Shown: positions 40,521 to 51,706, counted from the first letter of the stretch. The stretch is DNA of 64,000 nucleotides from Truepera sp. (GCA_965218435.1 CBDCKW010000009.1:448001-512000); one strand, 5' to 3'. Notes: a model not told the origin generated them from the sequence alone. Numbers and translations are program-made.

Positions 40521-42040
40521 GCTGCGACCTGCTTGCCGACCTGCTCACTCATCATCGCGCCGCCGACCTTTTCCGGGGTGGCCTCGTCCCGTGAAAACTC
40601 CGCTACAATCCGGCCCTCACGCATGACCAGCACCCGGTCGCTCATCCCTAAAATTTCGGGCAGTTCCGACGAGATCATCAAAATCGCTAAGCCCTGCTCT
40701 GCTGCGAGCTGACCGATCAACCGGTGAATCTCAGCTTTCGCGCCCACATCAACGCCGCGCGTGGGTTCGTCGATAATCAGGACTTTAGGACTACTCGCTA
40801 ACCACTTGCCCACTACAACTTTTTGCTGATTGCCGCCCGAAAGCGTTCCGACGAGTTGTTCAGGGCCGTACGCGCGGATGCCGAACTTTTTGATGGCCTC
40901 TCGTGCTAGGGTTCGCTCTCGGCCCGTGCTGATAAAGCCGCCCCTGGCGACCTGCTCGAGCACCGCCAGCGAGGTATTTTCACGCACGTTCATCTCTTTG
41001 ATGAGCCCTTGGGTGCCCCGGTCTTCGGGAACATAGGCAACGCCGTGCGCGACCGCTTGGGTGGGGTCCCGGATCGTGACGGGTTGACCGGCGACCAAAA
41101 TCTCACCGCTCTGCGCCGGCAGCGTGCCGAAAATGGCCTGCGCCGTTTCAGAGCGGCCTGAGCCGACGAGTCCGGCGAGCCCGACGATTTCACCGGCCCG
41201 AAGTATCAATGAGACGTCGTGTGTGTGCGGTTCGCGGCTGACGTGGCGGAGCTCGAGCACCACCTCACCTACTTGGCTGGGTTGTTTGGGAAACAGCGTC
41301 CCGACGTCGCGCCCGACCATCATGCTGATCAGCTCACGTTCGCTCGTATCCGCCACGTCTTGGGTGCCGATATATTGCCCGTCACGCAGCACGCTCACCC
41401 GGTCGGCGAGTTCAAAAACCTCACTGAGTTTGTGCGAGATATAGACGATGCCGACGCCCCGGTCACGGAGCAGCCGAGTTGTGCGGAAGAGGTGCAAGGT
41501 GTCTGTCTCACCGAGCGCCGCGGTCGGTTCATCCATAATCAGCAGCTTGGCGTTCAGGGAGAGCGCCTTGGCAATCTCGATGCGTTGCCGGTTGCCGATA
41601 CTGAGCGCCCCGACTTTGCCGCGCACGTCCAAATTGTACACATCCAACTCGGCCAACAGCTCCTTGGCGCGGCGAAACATCGTGTCCCAGTCCATCACGC
41701 TAAAAGGTCCGACGCGGCGGTAGAGCGCGTGACCCATAAAGATATTTTCAGCGACCGTGAGTTCGGGGTAGAGGCTCAGCTCTTGATAGATCGTATTGAT
41801 GCCGAGTTTTTGCGCGTCTCTAGGCGTGTTAAACCGAACCGGCTGCCCCGCAAAACGCAGCTCGCCGCTGTCGGGTTGATGCACCCCGGCAATCGTCTTG
41901 ATCAGCGTAGATTTGCCCGCACCGTTCTCGCCTAAAAGTGCGTGAACTTCACCGGCCCGCACGTCGAAACTGACGTTCTGAAGTGCCTGAACCCCGGCAA
42001 AACTTTTGGATACGCCCGTCAGTTCTAACAGCGTGGTCAT
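40517..42040 (-). CDS. Sugar ABC ATP-binding protein (tandem NBD)
   Basis: [31 protein letters not shown] motifs. Confidence 0.95.
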   Translation of the reverse strand: MTTLLELTGVSKSFAGVQALQNVSFDVRAGEVHALLGENGAGKSTLIKTIAGVHQPDSGELRFAGQPVRFNTPRDAQKLGINTIYQELSLYPELTVAENIFMGHALYRRVGPFSVMDWDTMFRRAKELLAELDVYNLDVRGKVGALSIGNRQRIEIAKALSLNAKLLIMDEPTAALGETDTLHLFRTTRLLRDRGVGIVYISHKLSEVFELADRVSVLRDGQYIGTQDVADTSERELISMMVGRDVGTLFPKQPSQVGEVVLELRHVSREPHTHDVSLILRAGEIVGLAGLVGSGRSETAQAIFGTLPAQSGEILVAGQPVTIRDPTQAVAHGVAYVPEDRGTQGLIKEMNVRENTSLAVLEQVARGGFISTGRERTLAREAIKKFGIRAYGPEQLVGTLSGGNQQKVVVGKWLASSPKVLIIDEPTRGVDVGAKAEIHRLIGQLAAEQGLAILMISSELPEILGMSDRVLVMREGRIVAEFSRDEATPEKVGGAMMSEQVGKQVAA

Positions 42041-42579
42041 GATCCCGGCAAGTTGTCAGGAAGGTACGTCAGCTGCCGGTAAAACGTATAAAGATAACGC
42101 GCCGAGGACAAACCTGCACCCCTTTAACTCATACGCCGCCGGATAACTGCTGTACCGACGCTCTAGACAGGTTCGTCAGCACCTTACGGCTCGAGGTTAA
42201 GTTGTTACGCCAAAGCGTAGCACGACCTCACACAAACGCGCAAGCACAATACTAAAACAGTGCTACAACTGTTAAAAAATGTGAGAAACAATTGTGAGGG
42301 GTGCGTTATCGGCTTGGTTTTGCCAAAACTTATACCCATTCGAACCGCTAGGTCAGGTACGGGACTACTGACTGCTTATACGGTTGTCTTCTAAGTACGC
42401 GGGACTTTTCTAAGCCAGCACGTCTTGCTTACTTCTTCGTGATCTGCTGCAAACGTCCCAAGCTGGTCTCACGCCAACGAAGTATGAACGCTGGCTACAT
42501 TGCAAGCCCAGCTTGGCGGCATGTTAAATCTCTCACTTTCGGCCCAGCGGTACGGCTGTGCTTGCTACACTGCGGGAGC

Positions 42580-43743
42580 ATGCTCACCGCCACTCATCTT
42601 CTCTGGGCAGCCCCACCCCACCACCGCGAGCATTTTGCTGGGGCCGTCGCCGCGCTTAACATCCCGGTTACGGCGGTAGACTCCGCTGAGGCGCTGCTCT
42701 ACCACACCCGCGCCCGAGCGCCGCTAGCGATTTTGCTCGACGACACCACGGTGCAAAGCGTCGCGCAACTCGACCTGATTGCCCTGTTGCGCCGCCGCAA
42801 ACATCTGGCGCACACCCAGATCGTCTGTTTTGGGCCTGACAGTTTAGAACGTCACTTGGCCGCACTCGAGTCGGGCGCAAGTTTTTACCTCGGGGACTCG
42901 ACCTCACCCAAGCTCGTCACGCGCTACCTCGCCATGACGTTGGAACGTGAACGTGCCGACGCGGGCCTGCGTGAGGCGCTCTCGAGGCTCCGGCAGCTCG
43001 AGCAGGCGCACCGGGAATCCGAACGGGTCAAAGAAGACCTCACCCACATGCTCGTTCACGACCTGAAAAGCCCGATTGCCAGCGTGATGGGACTTTTAGA
43101 GCATTCGCTCGACATTACCCGTGAATCGTCAGACATTTACGGCTTGCGTGAACTTTTAGGCTTGGCCCACGGCGAAGCCCAACACCTCTTAAATCTGGCG
43201 GTGAATATCTTAGACGTGCGGCGGATGAAAGAGGGCAATATGCCCTACTATCCGGGGCAAATAGAAAGCCTCGGCGAACTGGCGCGTACGGCTCTAGGAG
43301 ACGTGAACTTGTCGGTTAAAGAGCGTGTCGTGTCGTCTATCGTACGCCCCGAAGCCGAGAGCCTCTGCGCTGATCATGCGCTCTTACGCCGCATGCTCGC
43401 CAACTTGTTTGCCAACGCAGTCAAACACACGCGTTCAGGCGGACATGTAGACTTTCGCGCGTGGCAAGAAGGGCAGAACTACGTTTTGTCGGTACGTGAC
43501 GACGGCGAAGGCATCCCCGAAGAGGACCAAAAACGTATCTTTAACGCGTTCGAGCAGTCGCAACATACCCACCACGAGCGGTTTGATACCGGGATGGGTT
43601 TGACCTTTTGCAAATTGGCGGTTGAAAAGCACGGCGGTAAAATTTGGGTCGAGTCGAAAGTCGGGTGGGGGAGCACCTTTTTTCTGAGCATTCCGGTCAA
43701 TGTTAGCACGCCGGTCGAGGCGGATGATCTGCTGCTAACCTGA
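42580..43743 (+). CDS. Cytoplasmic histidine kinase with degenerate N-terminal receiver domain
   Basis: H-box VHDLKSP, N-box NLFANAVKH, DDGEGIP, GMGLTFCK, GSTF; no TM; start ATG 42580. Confidence 0.85.
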   Translation: MLTATHLLWAAPPHHREHFAGAVAALNIPVTAVDSAEALLYHTRARAPLAILLDDTTVQSVAQLDLIALLRRRKHLAHTQIVCFGPDSLERHLAALESGASFYLGDSTSPKLVTRYLAMTLERERADAGLREALSRLRQLEQAHRESERVKEDLTHMLVHDLKSPIASVMGLLEHSLDITRESSDIYGLRELLGLAHGEAQHLLNLAVNILDVRRMKEGNMPYYPGQIESLGELARTALGDVNLSVKERVVSSIVRPEAESLCADHALLRRMLANLFANAVKHTRSGGHVDFRAWQEGQNYVLSVRDDGEGIPEEDQKRIFNAFEQSQHTHHERFDTGMGLTFCKLAVEKHGGKIWVESKVGWGSTFFLSIPVNVSTPVEADDLLLT

Positions 43744-43835
43744 GCGAAGGGTGTACTTTAGCCTGCTTAATCAGCGGATTAGAAGCAAGAATTGAGAATA
43801 AATATAGCTCACAGGCTGCCTGCTAGACTCCGAAT

Positions 43836-44486
43836 ATGCCGTTAGAACGCTTTGAGGAGAGTTCTGAATCACCGGGGTGGGGGCTCGAGCGCCCCCTCTG
43901 GTCGCGTGGTTACGCCCGCGTTGCCGGAGTAGATGAGGCGGGGCGGGGCGCACTCGCGGGGCCGGTCGTTGCGGCAGCGGTGCTACTCCCTTACAGCGAC
44001 TTTCCTTTTGATGACTCTAAAAAACTTACGGCAGAGCGGCGCGAGGTGTTCGCGGTTCAAATCAAACGAGTGGCGCTCGCGTGGGGCGTGGGGCAGGCGA
44101 GCGCCGCGGAAGTTGACGCGGTGAACGTGTTGCAGGCGACGCACTTGGCTGCGGGACGTGCGCTCGAGGTGTTGCAAAGGGTTACGCAGCTAGATGCGCT
44201 CGTCACCGACTACCTCAAACTGGACTTTCCCGGCCCGGTTTTTGCACCTCCCAAAGCCGACGCTAGAAGCGTGCAGGTCGCCGCTGCCAGCATCCTGGCC
44301 AAAACAACTCGAGACGCCCTGATGAGCGAACTCCACACCCATGACGCCCGTTACGGTTTCGCCTCTCATAAAGGTTACGGCGCACCACTACATTTACGGG
44401 CACTTGCCGAGCACGGCCCGAGTAAAGCCCACCGCCTCAGCTTTGCACCGGTAGCCGAGGTAGCAAAACTCGGGCGTACCCCATAA
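43836..44486 (+). CDS. rnhB: Ribonuclease HII
   Basis: GVDEAGRGALAGPV, DSKKL, AAASILAK, HKGYG, HRLSF motifs. Confidence 0.95.
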   Translation: MPLERFEESSESPGWGLERPLWSRGYARVAGVDEAGRGALAGPVVAAAVLLPYSDFPFDDSKKLTAERREVFAVQIKRVALAWGVGQASAAEVDAVNVLQATHLAAGRALEVLQRVTQLDALVTDYLKLDFPGPVFAPPKADARSVQVAAASILAKTTRDALMSELHTHDARYGFASHKGYGAPLHLRALAEHGPSKAHRLSFAPVAEVAKLGRTP

Positions 44487-44625
44487 ACGTGCCGTAAACA
44501 CGCCGTAAATTTACGGTAGCTTTATGGTAGCTGCGTTCGTCTCATATACTGAATGCGGGGGAGCACCTAACTTTTTTCCGCCGCACGGTCTCTACGCGGT
44601 TCTGTGCAGCGTTTTTGGAGGCGTC

Positions 44626-45441
44626 ATGCCCGACTGTATCGGTGTCCGGTTCGACAACGGACCGAAAATTCACTACCTAGAAGTGCCGACGCAAGCACCC
44701 GAAGTCGGGGTGCGCTGCGTCGTTTCAACCCGGCGGGGCCTCGAGCTCGGCTTAGTGCGCACCACGGTGTGCAACTCGGACAAACCGAGTGGACACTTTG
44801 TCCGCACCGCGCAACCCGACGATTTGGCGCGGTTTGAAGAGCTCAAAGAAAAAGCCGAAGAACTCAAATGGTTTCTTAAAGCACGGGCGCGTGAACGCAA
44901 CTTGACGCTCAAAGTAGTGCAGCTCGAGTTCACCCTCGACGAATCACTGCTGTTAATCACCTACAGCACCGAACAACAGGTGCCGCTCCGCTCCTTTGTC
45001 CAAGACCTCACCCCGTTTACCAAGGCAAGGCTCGAGTTTGACAATGTCGGCCCACGCGACCAAGCCCGCATCATCGGCACGTTAGGCGTGTGCGGCAGCG
45101 GCTCGTGCAGCTCGACGTGGTTGCAGAGTTTTACCACCGTCTCTATCCGTATGGCGCGTGACCAACAGCTCCCCCTAAATCCCGAAAAGATCAGCGGCCC
45201 GTGCGGACGGCTGATGTGCTGTTTGCAGTACGAGCACGACATGTACCGCGACCTGCTCGCCGACCTGCCCAAAAAAGGCAGCAAAGCCTGCCACACCGAG
45301 ACCGGCGCGTGTGGGCGCGTGGTCAAACTCAACGCGCTGAAAGGCACCGTAGACGTCGCCTACGACGAGGGCGGCTATGAAGAGGTGTCGCCGGAGAAGC
45401 TCGAGCGGCCTTCAAAATCACAACGCCGAGGGACCTCGTGA
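44626..45441 (+). CDS. ricT: PSP1-domain protein (RicT/YaaT family)
   Basis: RDQARIIG.LG.CG...C, SIRMARDQQL.LNPEKISGPCGRLMCCLQYE; start ATG 44626 with GGAGG. Confidence 0.9.
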   Translation: MPDCIGVRFDNGPKIHYLEVPTQAPEVGVRCVVSTRRGLELGLVRTTVCNSDKPSGHFVRTAQPDDLARFEELKEKAEELKWFLKARARERNLTLKVVQLEFTLDESLLLITYSTEQQVPLRSFVQDLTPFTKARLEFDNVGPRDQARIIGTLGVCGSGSCSSTWLQSFTTVSIRMARDQQLPLNPEKISGPCGRLMCCLQYEHDMYRDLLADLPKKGSKACHTETGACGRVVKLNALKGTVDVAYDEGGYEEVSPEKLERPSKSQRRGTS

Positions 45442-45944
45442 AGCGAGTCGTTCCTGGGATTTTGCTAATGCTTTTGCTTTCAGCTTGTCCAGAACGTTTT
45501 GACGGTAGGCTAACGGAACCACTAGAAATTACCGTTAGCAAACCTCAGGCAGCTGTGGGAGAACCTGTCACGGTCACTTTGACAGGCGGCTTCGTCAACC
45601 TCACAGAGGCGCGTTCGCCGGACTACATCATTCCGAATTTTAGGCTCGGTGCCTGTTTCCGTGACGCTGCAGACCTACTAGGTGAGAACGAAGGAGGGCT
45701 ATGTTTAAGTAGTGACCTTCCGCTTCCTCCACATATCGTGGTTGCCGAGGGGCAGAGTTATCAAAAGGCTTTTGGTAGGCAAGTCGTCAAAAGTGGGGAA
45801 GAGGTCGCTCTAAAACATACTTTTTCTTTTACCTCAGTAGAACCTAAGCTAGTCAAACTTTCTGCCATGAGCCAGATAGTTGTTGAGGGCTTTTCTCGCC
45901 CGACTTTTAGAAACAGCTTAGACGTCGAAGTGCAGTTTGAATAG
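45438..45944 (+). CDS. Hypothetical lipoprotein
   Basis: Lipobox LSAC; GTGA overlap with the ricT stop. Confidence 0.7.
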   Translation: MKRVVPGILLMLLLSACPERFDGRLTEPLEITVSKPQAAVGEPVTVTLTGGFVNLTEARSPDYIIPNFRLGACFRDAADLLGENEGGLCLSSDLPLPPHIVVAEGQSYQKAFGRQVVKSGEEVALKHTFSFTSVEPKLVKLSAMSQIVVEGFSRPTFRNSLDVEVQFE

Positions 45945-46170
45945 CAATTGCAAGTGCTAAGTTCAGAAGCAATTTGACCCCTCGAGCCCTACGCTCGAGG
46001 GATTTCCCGTAAAATCTCCTGCGGTTCTAACCTCTCCTAAAATGCAGCTGAGGCAGTTTTTCCTCAACTTCCGCAAATGGTCTTTGAGGTGCTTTTCTCT
46101 TTTGTTTTTCTTTTTACGATAAAAGCTGAGGTTGATACACAATCTTGATAACAGACCTGGGGGGTCAAAA

Positions 46171-46638
46171 ATGAACGAAGACAACCTTAAACAACTCGTC
46201 GCTAGCGGTCTTCCGGCACTTAAGGCGGGGGTGCGCATCACCGCTGCCGGTGCTGACGAAATCGCGGACTCGGCAACAAACTCTGAGCTGAAGTCGGCTT
46301 TAGGCAACGATATCTCAAAAGAGTGGCAATCACGAATTGACCAGGCGATGAGCGAGGTTGGTGCGAGCGGTGAAGGGGAGAATCCAATACTCGAGGCTCA
46401 CTACGACGTTTCCAGAAAAATTCGCAACGCTGCGCCGGACGATCAGGTTCGTGACTTAGGCATTATCGCTGCGGGTCAGCTGGCGATGCACTACTGGATC
46501 GCTTCGTTCGGCACGATGGCCGCTTACACAGAACAGCTCGGTTTGGAAAGCACAAAGCAGGCGATGGGCCAGTCTTTAGAAGAGGCGAAGCAGGCCGACG
46601 AGCAGTTTAAGCAGCTTTCTGCCCAAATTAGGGGTTAA
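46171..46638 (+). CDS. DUF892/YciF-like ferritin-fold protein
   Basis: VRDLGIIAAGQLAMHYWIASFGT, SLEEAKQAD motifs. Confidence 0.75.
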   Translation: MNEDNLKQLVASGLPALKAGVRITAAGADEIADSATNSELKSALGNDISKEWQSRIDQAMSEVGASGEGENPILEAHYDVSRKIRNAAPDDQVRDLGIIAAGQLAMHYWIASFGTMAAYTEQLGLESTKQAMGQSLEEAKQADEQFKQLSAQIRG

Positions 46639-46675
46639 GGTTTAGACGAACGTCACATTTCTTATTCTTTACCTG

Positions 46676-46705
46676 TCAGGGGAGCCGCACCGCTCTCCTG
46701 ATTTT
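46676..46705 (+). terminator. Intrinsic terminator
   Basis: TCAGGGGAGC-CGCACC-GCTCTCCTGA-TTTT. Confidence 0.6.
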
Positions 46706-46789
46706 GTCTCGAGTGTTGGTACGCATCTTCTCTGGCTATTCTCGGGGGCTTCTCCTTAAATCCCCCACAATAAAGTTAGAACTTGCATG

Positions 46790-47632
46790 TTACCCTTGTA
46801 GGCGTTGTTCGCGGGCTGCAGCAAAAGCTCTTTCCAACCTATTTTTTGAATCAATTAAAGCGTCGTCGGTGTCGCGTCCATAACCCCCAGACTTCGGCAA
46901 ACCGCCGATCTCGAGGATAGCGAAGCCTCGAAAGTCTGCTTGGAGGAGGGGGCGTGCATAATCTGTAAAGTTGATGGTACCTAGACCGAGGGGAAGATGA
47001 TAGTTCACTTCAGGTAGCGGTGTGTCAGCCACGTGTAAAAGACTCATCCGGGGAGCTGGGGCTTTGAAATCGTGAAGGTCTTTCGGCACAGTATGGTTGA
47101 GGTCCCAAACGAAGCCGAGTCCCGGTACAGCCTCCAGCACTGCCGCGCAGCTTTGCGGCACTGAAAAAAAGTTGAGCGCAGGTTCGTTGTGTTCAAAAGC
47201 GAAGGTAAAGCCGTGCTGCAAACCCAGCTCGGTTGCCGCTTTGAAATCCGGCAAAAGGGTGGGCTCGAGCGGTGAAGTTTCTTTAGGAGCGGGCTCGAGC
47301 ACCAGGTGCCAATGAACGTGCTGACAAGGCAAGCTCTGGATAGCTGGTAGGTTGGCCTCTAAAATCTCTAGCGGCGTTCTACCTGACTGTGTGCGTCCAT
47401 CTCCGTTTAGCCGAATAAGTAGCTCCATCGTTGGGGTGAGATTGTTTAATTTTAGAGCCTGTTTTATCTCTGTGAACGAAGCCCCCAGCTCTTCTTCGGT
47501 CAACCCTTTCTCTTTGCCTTGAAACTGTAACGCAGAAAAACCAGCGTCGTGAGCAAACTGAATTTCTTGCGGTGCCGGACGCCAGTTATTAGGAAAAAAT
47601 CGACCATTCATGCCAACCTTAACGGAGCGCAC
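46790..47632 (-). CDS. Sugar phosphate isomerase/epimerase (AP endonuclease 2 TIM barrel)
   Basis: FAFEH, WDLNH, LHVAD, HLPLGLGTINF, ILE motifs. Confidence 0.8.
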   Translation of the reverse strand: MRSVKVGMNGRFFPNNWRPAPQEIQFAHDAGFSALQFQGKEKGLTEEELGASFTEIKQALKLNNLTPTMELLIRLNGDGRTQSGRTPLEILEANLPAIQSLPCQHVHWHLVLEPAPKETSPLEPTLLPDFKAATELGLQHGFTFAFEHNEPALNFFSVPQSCAAVLEAVPGLGFVWDLNHTVPKDLHDFKAPAPRMSLLHVADTPLPEVNYHLPLGLGTINFTDYARPLLQADFRGFAILEIGGLPKSGGYGRDTDDALIDSKNRLERAFAAAREQRLQG

Positions 47633-47634
47633 TG

Positions 47635-48561
47635 TTACCTGCTTTCTCTTAAAATCTCCCGAAGTTCCAAAGTCAAAACTTGCACCGCCACCCCCGGTGA
47701 CGCATACGCCCCGATCGCCGCTTCACACCGCTCTAAAGCAGCTAACCCGGCAGCATACGCCCCCCTCGGCCACTCGCTCAGGCGGGCGCGTAACAGCTCA
47801 GAGACGCTAAAACGGCCTTCGCCCGACCAGGCTTTCTCGAGGGCGTCGGCCTTTTCAAACGCCTCTTCTAACCCTTTGGGCAGCGCCAGCAGATAATCGT
47901 GAACGAGGCTCAGCTGGGCGCTGAACTCCTCCGTGTGCTCGGCCGCCTCGAAGAGTTCACCGGCGCGGCCGAGCCTTGCCGCCGGGTGCGGTTCGGGCAG
48001 GTCTATGGCCACGTCCACCGCACCGAAACGAACCGTCACGCTCCTCGAGAGAATCGTCGGCAAGACGCTCTCCACGCTCGGCGCAATCAAAATGATGACC
48101 GCGTACGAGGGCGGTTCTTCTAAAAATTTGAGAAAGGCGTTGGCAGCGGCAGGGCTCAGCAGGTCGGCCCCGTCAATGATCCCAACGCGTTTTTTGAACC
48201 TCGGGCGGGCCTCGAGCCAGGTGCTCAGCGGGGTGTCGGGGCTGTCTTCACGGGGGACAAGATCACCGATACGGAGTTGCGGGCGGCGGCTCCGGCGGCC
48301 GGTTTTGGTCTCCCATAGCGGCGCGAGTTCGCGCAGGTCGGGGTGTGCCCCAGCTTGGAATAAGCGGCAGCTCTCGCAGCGGCCACACGGTTCGGAAACT
48401 GAGTTGGCACAGTTGAGCAGCTCGGCGTACCACCGTGCGACGCGCCGCCGTCCGACGCGGGGCGGCCCGACGAAGAGGAGCGTATGGGCGTGTGTGCGGG
48501 CAAGTTCACGTAGGACGCCTTTGGCTTCGTCGTGACCGATCAGAGGTGGGACGGTAGTCAT
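47635..48561 (-). CDS. holB: DNA polymerase III subunit delta'
   Basis: LLFVGP..VGR, PCGRCESC...HPD, AANAFLKFLEEPP, LPTILSR motifs. Confidence 0.9.
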   Translation of the reverse strand: MTTVPPLIGHDEAKGVLRELARTHAHTLLFVGPPRVGRRRVARWYAELLNCANSVSEPCGRCESCRLFQAGAHPDLRELAPLWETKTGRRSRRPQLRIGDLVPREDSPDTPLSTWLEARPRFKKRVGIIDGADLLSPAAANAFLKFLEEPPSYAVIILIAPSVESVLPTILSRSVTVRFGAVDVAIDLPEPHPAARLGRAGELFEAAEHTEEFSAQLSLVHDYLLALPKGLEEAFEKADALEKAWSGEGRFSVSELLRARLSEWPRGAYAAGLAALERCEAAIGAYASPGVAVQVLTLELREILRESR

Positions 48562-48594
48562 GTCAGCACACCTGCAAAACGTGTACTGCTCACC

Positions 48595-49341
48595 CTAGCG
48601 GCCTCTGCCGAGCCGGGTTGCCAGCGACGCCGGATAGTCGGCTTCTTTGACGAGCCGCTGCACCGCCGCGACGTCAAACGCGACTCGGTAGTGCTCGAGC
48701 GTCTGGGCATCCTCGTCGTAAATCCCGTAAGAGGCGAGCGGGATGCCGTCTCTGGGTTGCCCGACCGACCCCGGATTAAAGAGGACGCGGGCGTTGGGGG
48801 GCAGGCGGTAGAGCGTTTTGTCTTTGGTTAACGGCAAGCTCCGGGCGAGTTTTTTCCCGCCTTGTTCGGCAAAAAGATAGATAATCGGGACGTGGGTGTG
48901 ACCGAAAAAGAGCAGTAGGCGCGACATCCGGGGCAGCTCGAGCTGTGCCCGCTCGAGCGAGTCCACGTAGTCCCACGAGCCCGCTAAGGTGCTGTGAACC
49001 GCCTCCCAACTGTCACCGGCCGCGTGCCGTGTCAGCTGCGCTAAAAAGCTGTGAGCGCGTCCATTTAGGTGCGCTCTCTGTTTGTCTAAAACGTCTAGGA
49101 CCACTCCTTTCCAGCCACCGCCCAAAGTAGGCTCGAGCAAAAGCTCGTCGTGGTTGCCGAGTAAGGCTGCTTTTAGCGGCAGCGTTTGCAACGCCGTAAT
49201 GACCGCTTCAGGTTGCGGGTAGTAGCCAACGGCGTCACCCAAAAAGATAACTTGCTGCCAGCGTTTCGCGTCGGCGTGTTTAAGGACCTCGGTGAGCGCG
49301 GTAGCGTTGGCGTGAACGTCGCTAAGGAGCAGGTAACGCAT
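48595..49341 (-). CDS. Calcineurin-like metallophosphoesterase
   Basis: SDVHAN, GDAVGY, GNHD, GHTH, NPGSVGQPRD motifs. Confidence 0.92.
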   Translation of the reverse strand: MRYLLLSDVHANATALTEVLKHADAKRWQQVIFLGDAVGYYPQPEAVITALQTLPLKAALLGNHDELLLEPTLGGGWKGVVLDVLDKQRAHLNGRAHSFLAQLTRHAAGDSWEAVHSTLAGSWDYVDSLERAQLELPRMSRLLLFFGHTHVPIIYLFAEQGGKKLARSLPLTKDKTLYRLPPNARVLFNPGSVGQPRDGIPLASYGIYDEDAQTLEHYRVAFDVAAVQRLVKEADYPASLATRLGRGR

Positions 49342-49775
49342 CTCTTATCAGTTTATCAGGCTGCTGGCGCGTGAACCTTTGCGGCTGAACGCAAGTAAGC
49401 GCAAATAGCTTGCAAAATGTAGCGGTTGGGGAAACTTTTTGAGTAGTTGACCGTGCCGGATTTACGCCTACGCCAAGAGTACGTCCCTACGGTAGCGTTT
49501 CCAAAAGAGATTGTACCAAGCCTCACTCCACCGAGGTAACGGGATTTTTTAGAATATACGTGCTGGTCGGCAAAAGTTAGACAGAAAGTGCTGCTGACCA
49601 GAGGATATGCCTGCCTGTGCCCTACGAGGGTATGCCCCAGGTACCCCAACGGGGTATACCTGCTGCGGTTATGAAGGCGTTCGTGCGGCCCTGTTAGGTT
49701 AACTCGACTTATTGATTCGGCTTCGGGGCAGCAGCCACATAGTTCCAGCCAACGCTCACGTGTCTTTGGGGGTGC

Positions 49776-50939
49776 GTGTCAAACGCACCGCGCTATACTT
49801 GCAGGGTGAGGCGTACGCTAAGACGAGTCGGGGCTGGTTTAAGACCTGCGCTACTTATAGGAATCTGGGTGATGTTGGGGAGCAGCGCCTACGCTCAGCT
49901 GGTCGTTCCCGATTTTGGAGTTCAGGGTGACGTTCCCAGCGTTATGGTCGAGCGGTTTATGAAGATTTTTCGGCAACAACTCAGCCTTCGCACGGGCCTG
50001 AGTGTGCTACCGGGAACCACCGCCGCGCAGACCTTGGTGGGCCGCCTCGAGCCCGACGTGGCGGCGGCGATTGCAACCTTGGGCGGTGGCCGCTACAGCG
50101 TTGCCGGTGAGATTATCGCGCTTGATACGGGTTTAAGCGAAACCAACTACACCGTCAATCTGCTCGTTACCGACGCCCGGACGAGGCGCACGTCCGACCT
50201 TTTTAGCCAACCCTTAGAACGGACCGATTTGCCCGCCACCGTCGCCACGCTGACACGGGCGGTCGGCGCGTTCGTCAACCCGGCCAGCCAGCCTGCGCGC
50301 GGTTCGGCCAGCCTCTTTGTTACCAGTGAACCGGATGACGCGTCGGTCTACCTAAACGGCGTCGAGGTCGGCACGACGGCAAACCCGCTGTTACCCCTTG
50401 CGCCCGGACGCTACGAGGTCGAGGTGCGTAAAGACGGTTATGTGCCGGAGAGCGATACAGTCACACTGGGAATGAACGAAACGCAGTTTTTGCCCTTTTC
50501 GCTCACTGAGATTCGTGGCGGCAGCATCTTGGTGAGCAGCGTTCCAAGTGCTGAGGTGCTGCTCGACGGTCGCCGGGTCGGGCGTACGCCGCTGACCATC
50601 GAGGCGGAGCCCGGAGTCCGTACCCTCCGGCTCGCTCGTCCCGGTTTTGCGACCGAAACGCAGTCGGTGACGGTTCGGAACTTTTTTGTCTCGAGAGTCC
50701 CGCAAGTCAGGCTCAGGCCCACCTATCAAAACCTCGTCTACTGGACGCCGCTGACCGGCTTTAGCGTTTCGGTAGACGGAATCGCGCGCCCCCGCAATTT
50801 CGCCGCCAACTTACAACCCGGCACGCACCGGGCGGTGCTCTCGCGGCGTGGGATAGACATTCCCTTTACTTTTGAGCTACGTCGCCCCGGTGTGTTTGAA
50901 CTCGATTTGCAAACGCACAAATTGATGAAGCTCGAGTAG
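49776..50939 (+). CDS. Secreted PEGA-domain protein (start uncertain)
   Basis: Two PEGA repeats: VTSEPDDASVYLNG and VSSVPSAEVLLDG..VGRTP. Confidence 0.8.
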   Translation: MSNAPRYTCRVRRTLRRVGAGLRPALLIGIWVMLGSSAYAQLVVPDFGVQGDVPSVMVERFMKIFRQQLSLRTGLSVLPGTTAAQTLVGRLEPDVAAAIATLGGGRYSVAGEIIALDTGLSETNYTVNLLVTDARTRRTSDLFSQPLERTDLPATVATLTRAVGAFVNPASQPARGSASLFVTSEPDDASVYLNGVEVGTTANPLLPLAPGRYEVEVRKDGYVPESDTVTLGMNETQFLPFSLTEIRGGSILVSSVPSAEVLLDGRRVGRTPLTIEAEPGVRTLRLARPGFATETQSVTVRNFFVSRVPQVRLRPTYQNLVYWTPLTGFSVSVDGIARPRNFAANLQPGTHRAVLSRRGIDIPFTFELRRPGVFELDLQTHKLMKLE

Positions 50940-51023
50940 TTCCAGGTTGCTGGGGACCGCCTGCCAGATACTACTTACGCACGCGGCCCTAGATAACCTA
51001 ATGAACAAATTGGTTAGTTGAAT

Positions 51024-51706
51024 TTACTGCTTCGTGGGTGCCATCGCCAAGCGCAGGAGATACTCTTGCTCCCCTTCTTTTTCCTTTGGCCGATACTGCT
51101 TTAATATCATTGCAATTTCTATTTGTAGCGCCTTGGCATCCGCCTGCGTGAGCCTGAGGTTGCCCCAGGTATCCCATACAGCAGGGGCGTCCGGCTCGAG
51201 AAGCTGGTCGAAAAAGCGATTGGGTTTATCATCTTCCGGGTCGGGGACGATGTTGTGCGTGATGTTGCCCTCAGCGTTACGGAAAACAAGCATACCTAAG
51301 GTTTGACGCTCGTCGCAGGCAGCTAACCATGCCTGACCTATGCTCTCGTTCAGTCTTTCCTGTAATTGGCTAAACGCGTGGGGCGACAACGACATTTGCG
51401 TCGTGAGCGAGGTGGCCTGAAAAGGGACGAAAAAGCCGTCGGCTACGCCGCAGTAGTAGCGCGGATAGGGCGACCTTGGCGAGGCTCTACACGTACCTCC
51501 TCGATTAGGCCAAGGCGAACAAACTGCCTGACCCGGTAAAGCATGGAACTCGTATCAACCTCTAGTTCCGCCGCCACCTTGCTGATGGACCTTTCCTGAC
51601 CGATGAACGGCAGGAGAAAGCGCCGCGCTGCCGGGTCAGTCACGATTCTCGCAGCTTCTGCTTCCTCTATCCTTAACCACTTTCTACTTGAAGACGCCTG
51701 TTTCAT
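51024..51706 (-). pseudogene. ArsR-like HTH regulator, frameshifted near 51460
   Basis: HTH SISKVAAELEV...LYRVRQ; after correcting the frame it reads GRPIRYYCGVADGFFVPFQAT and joins ORF 51024-51395. Confidence 0.75.

Noticed and set aside
42340..42376. SRP RNA-like GAACC...GGTCAGG stretch
   Set aside because: Lacks the conserved GGAAG-N-AGCAGC loop and closing stems.
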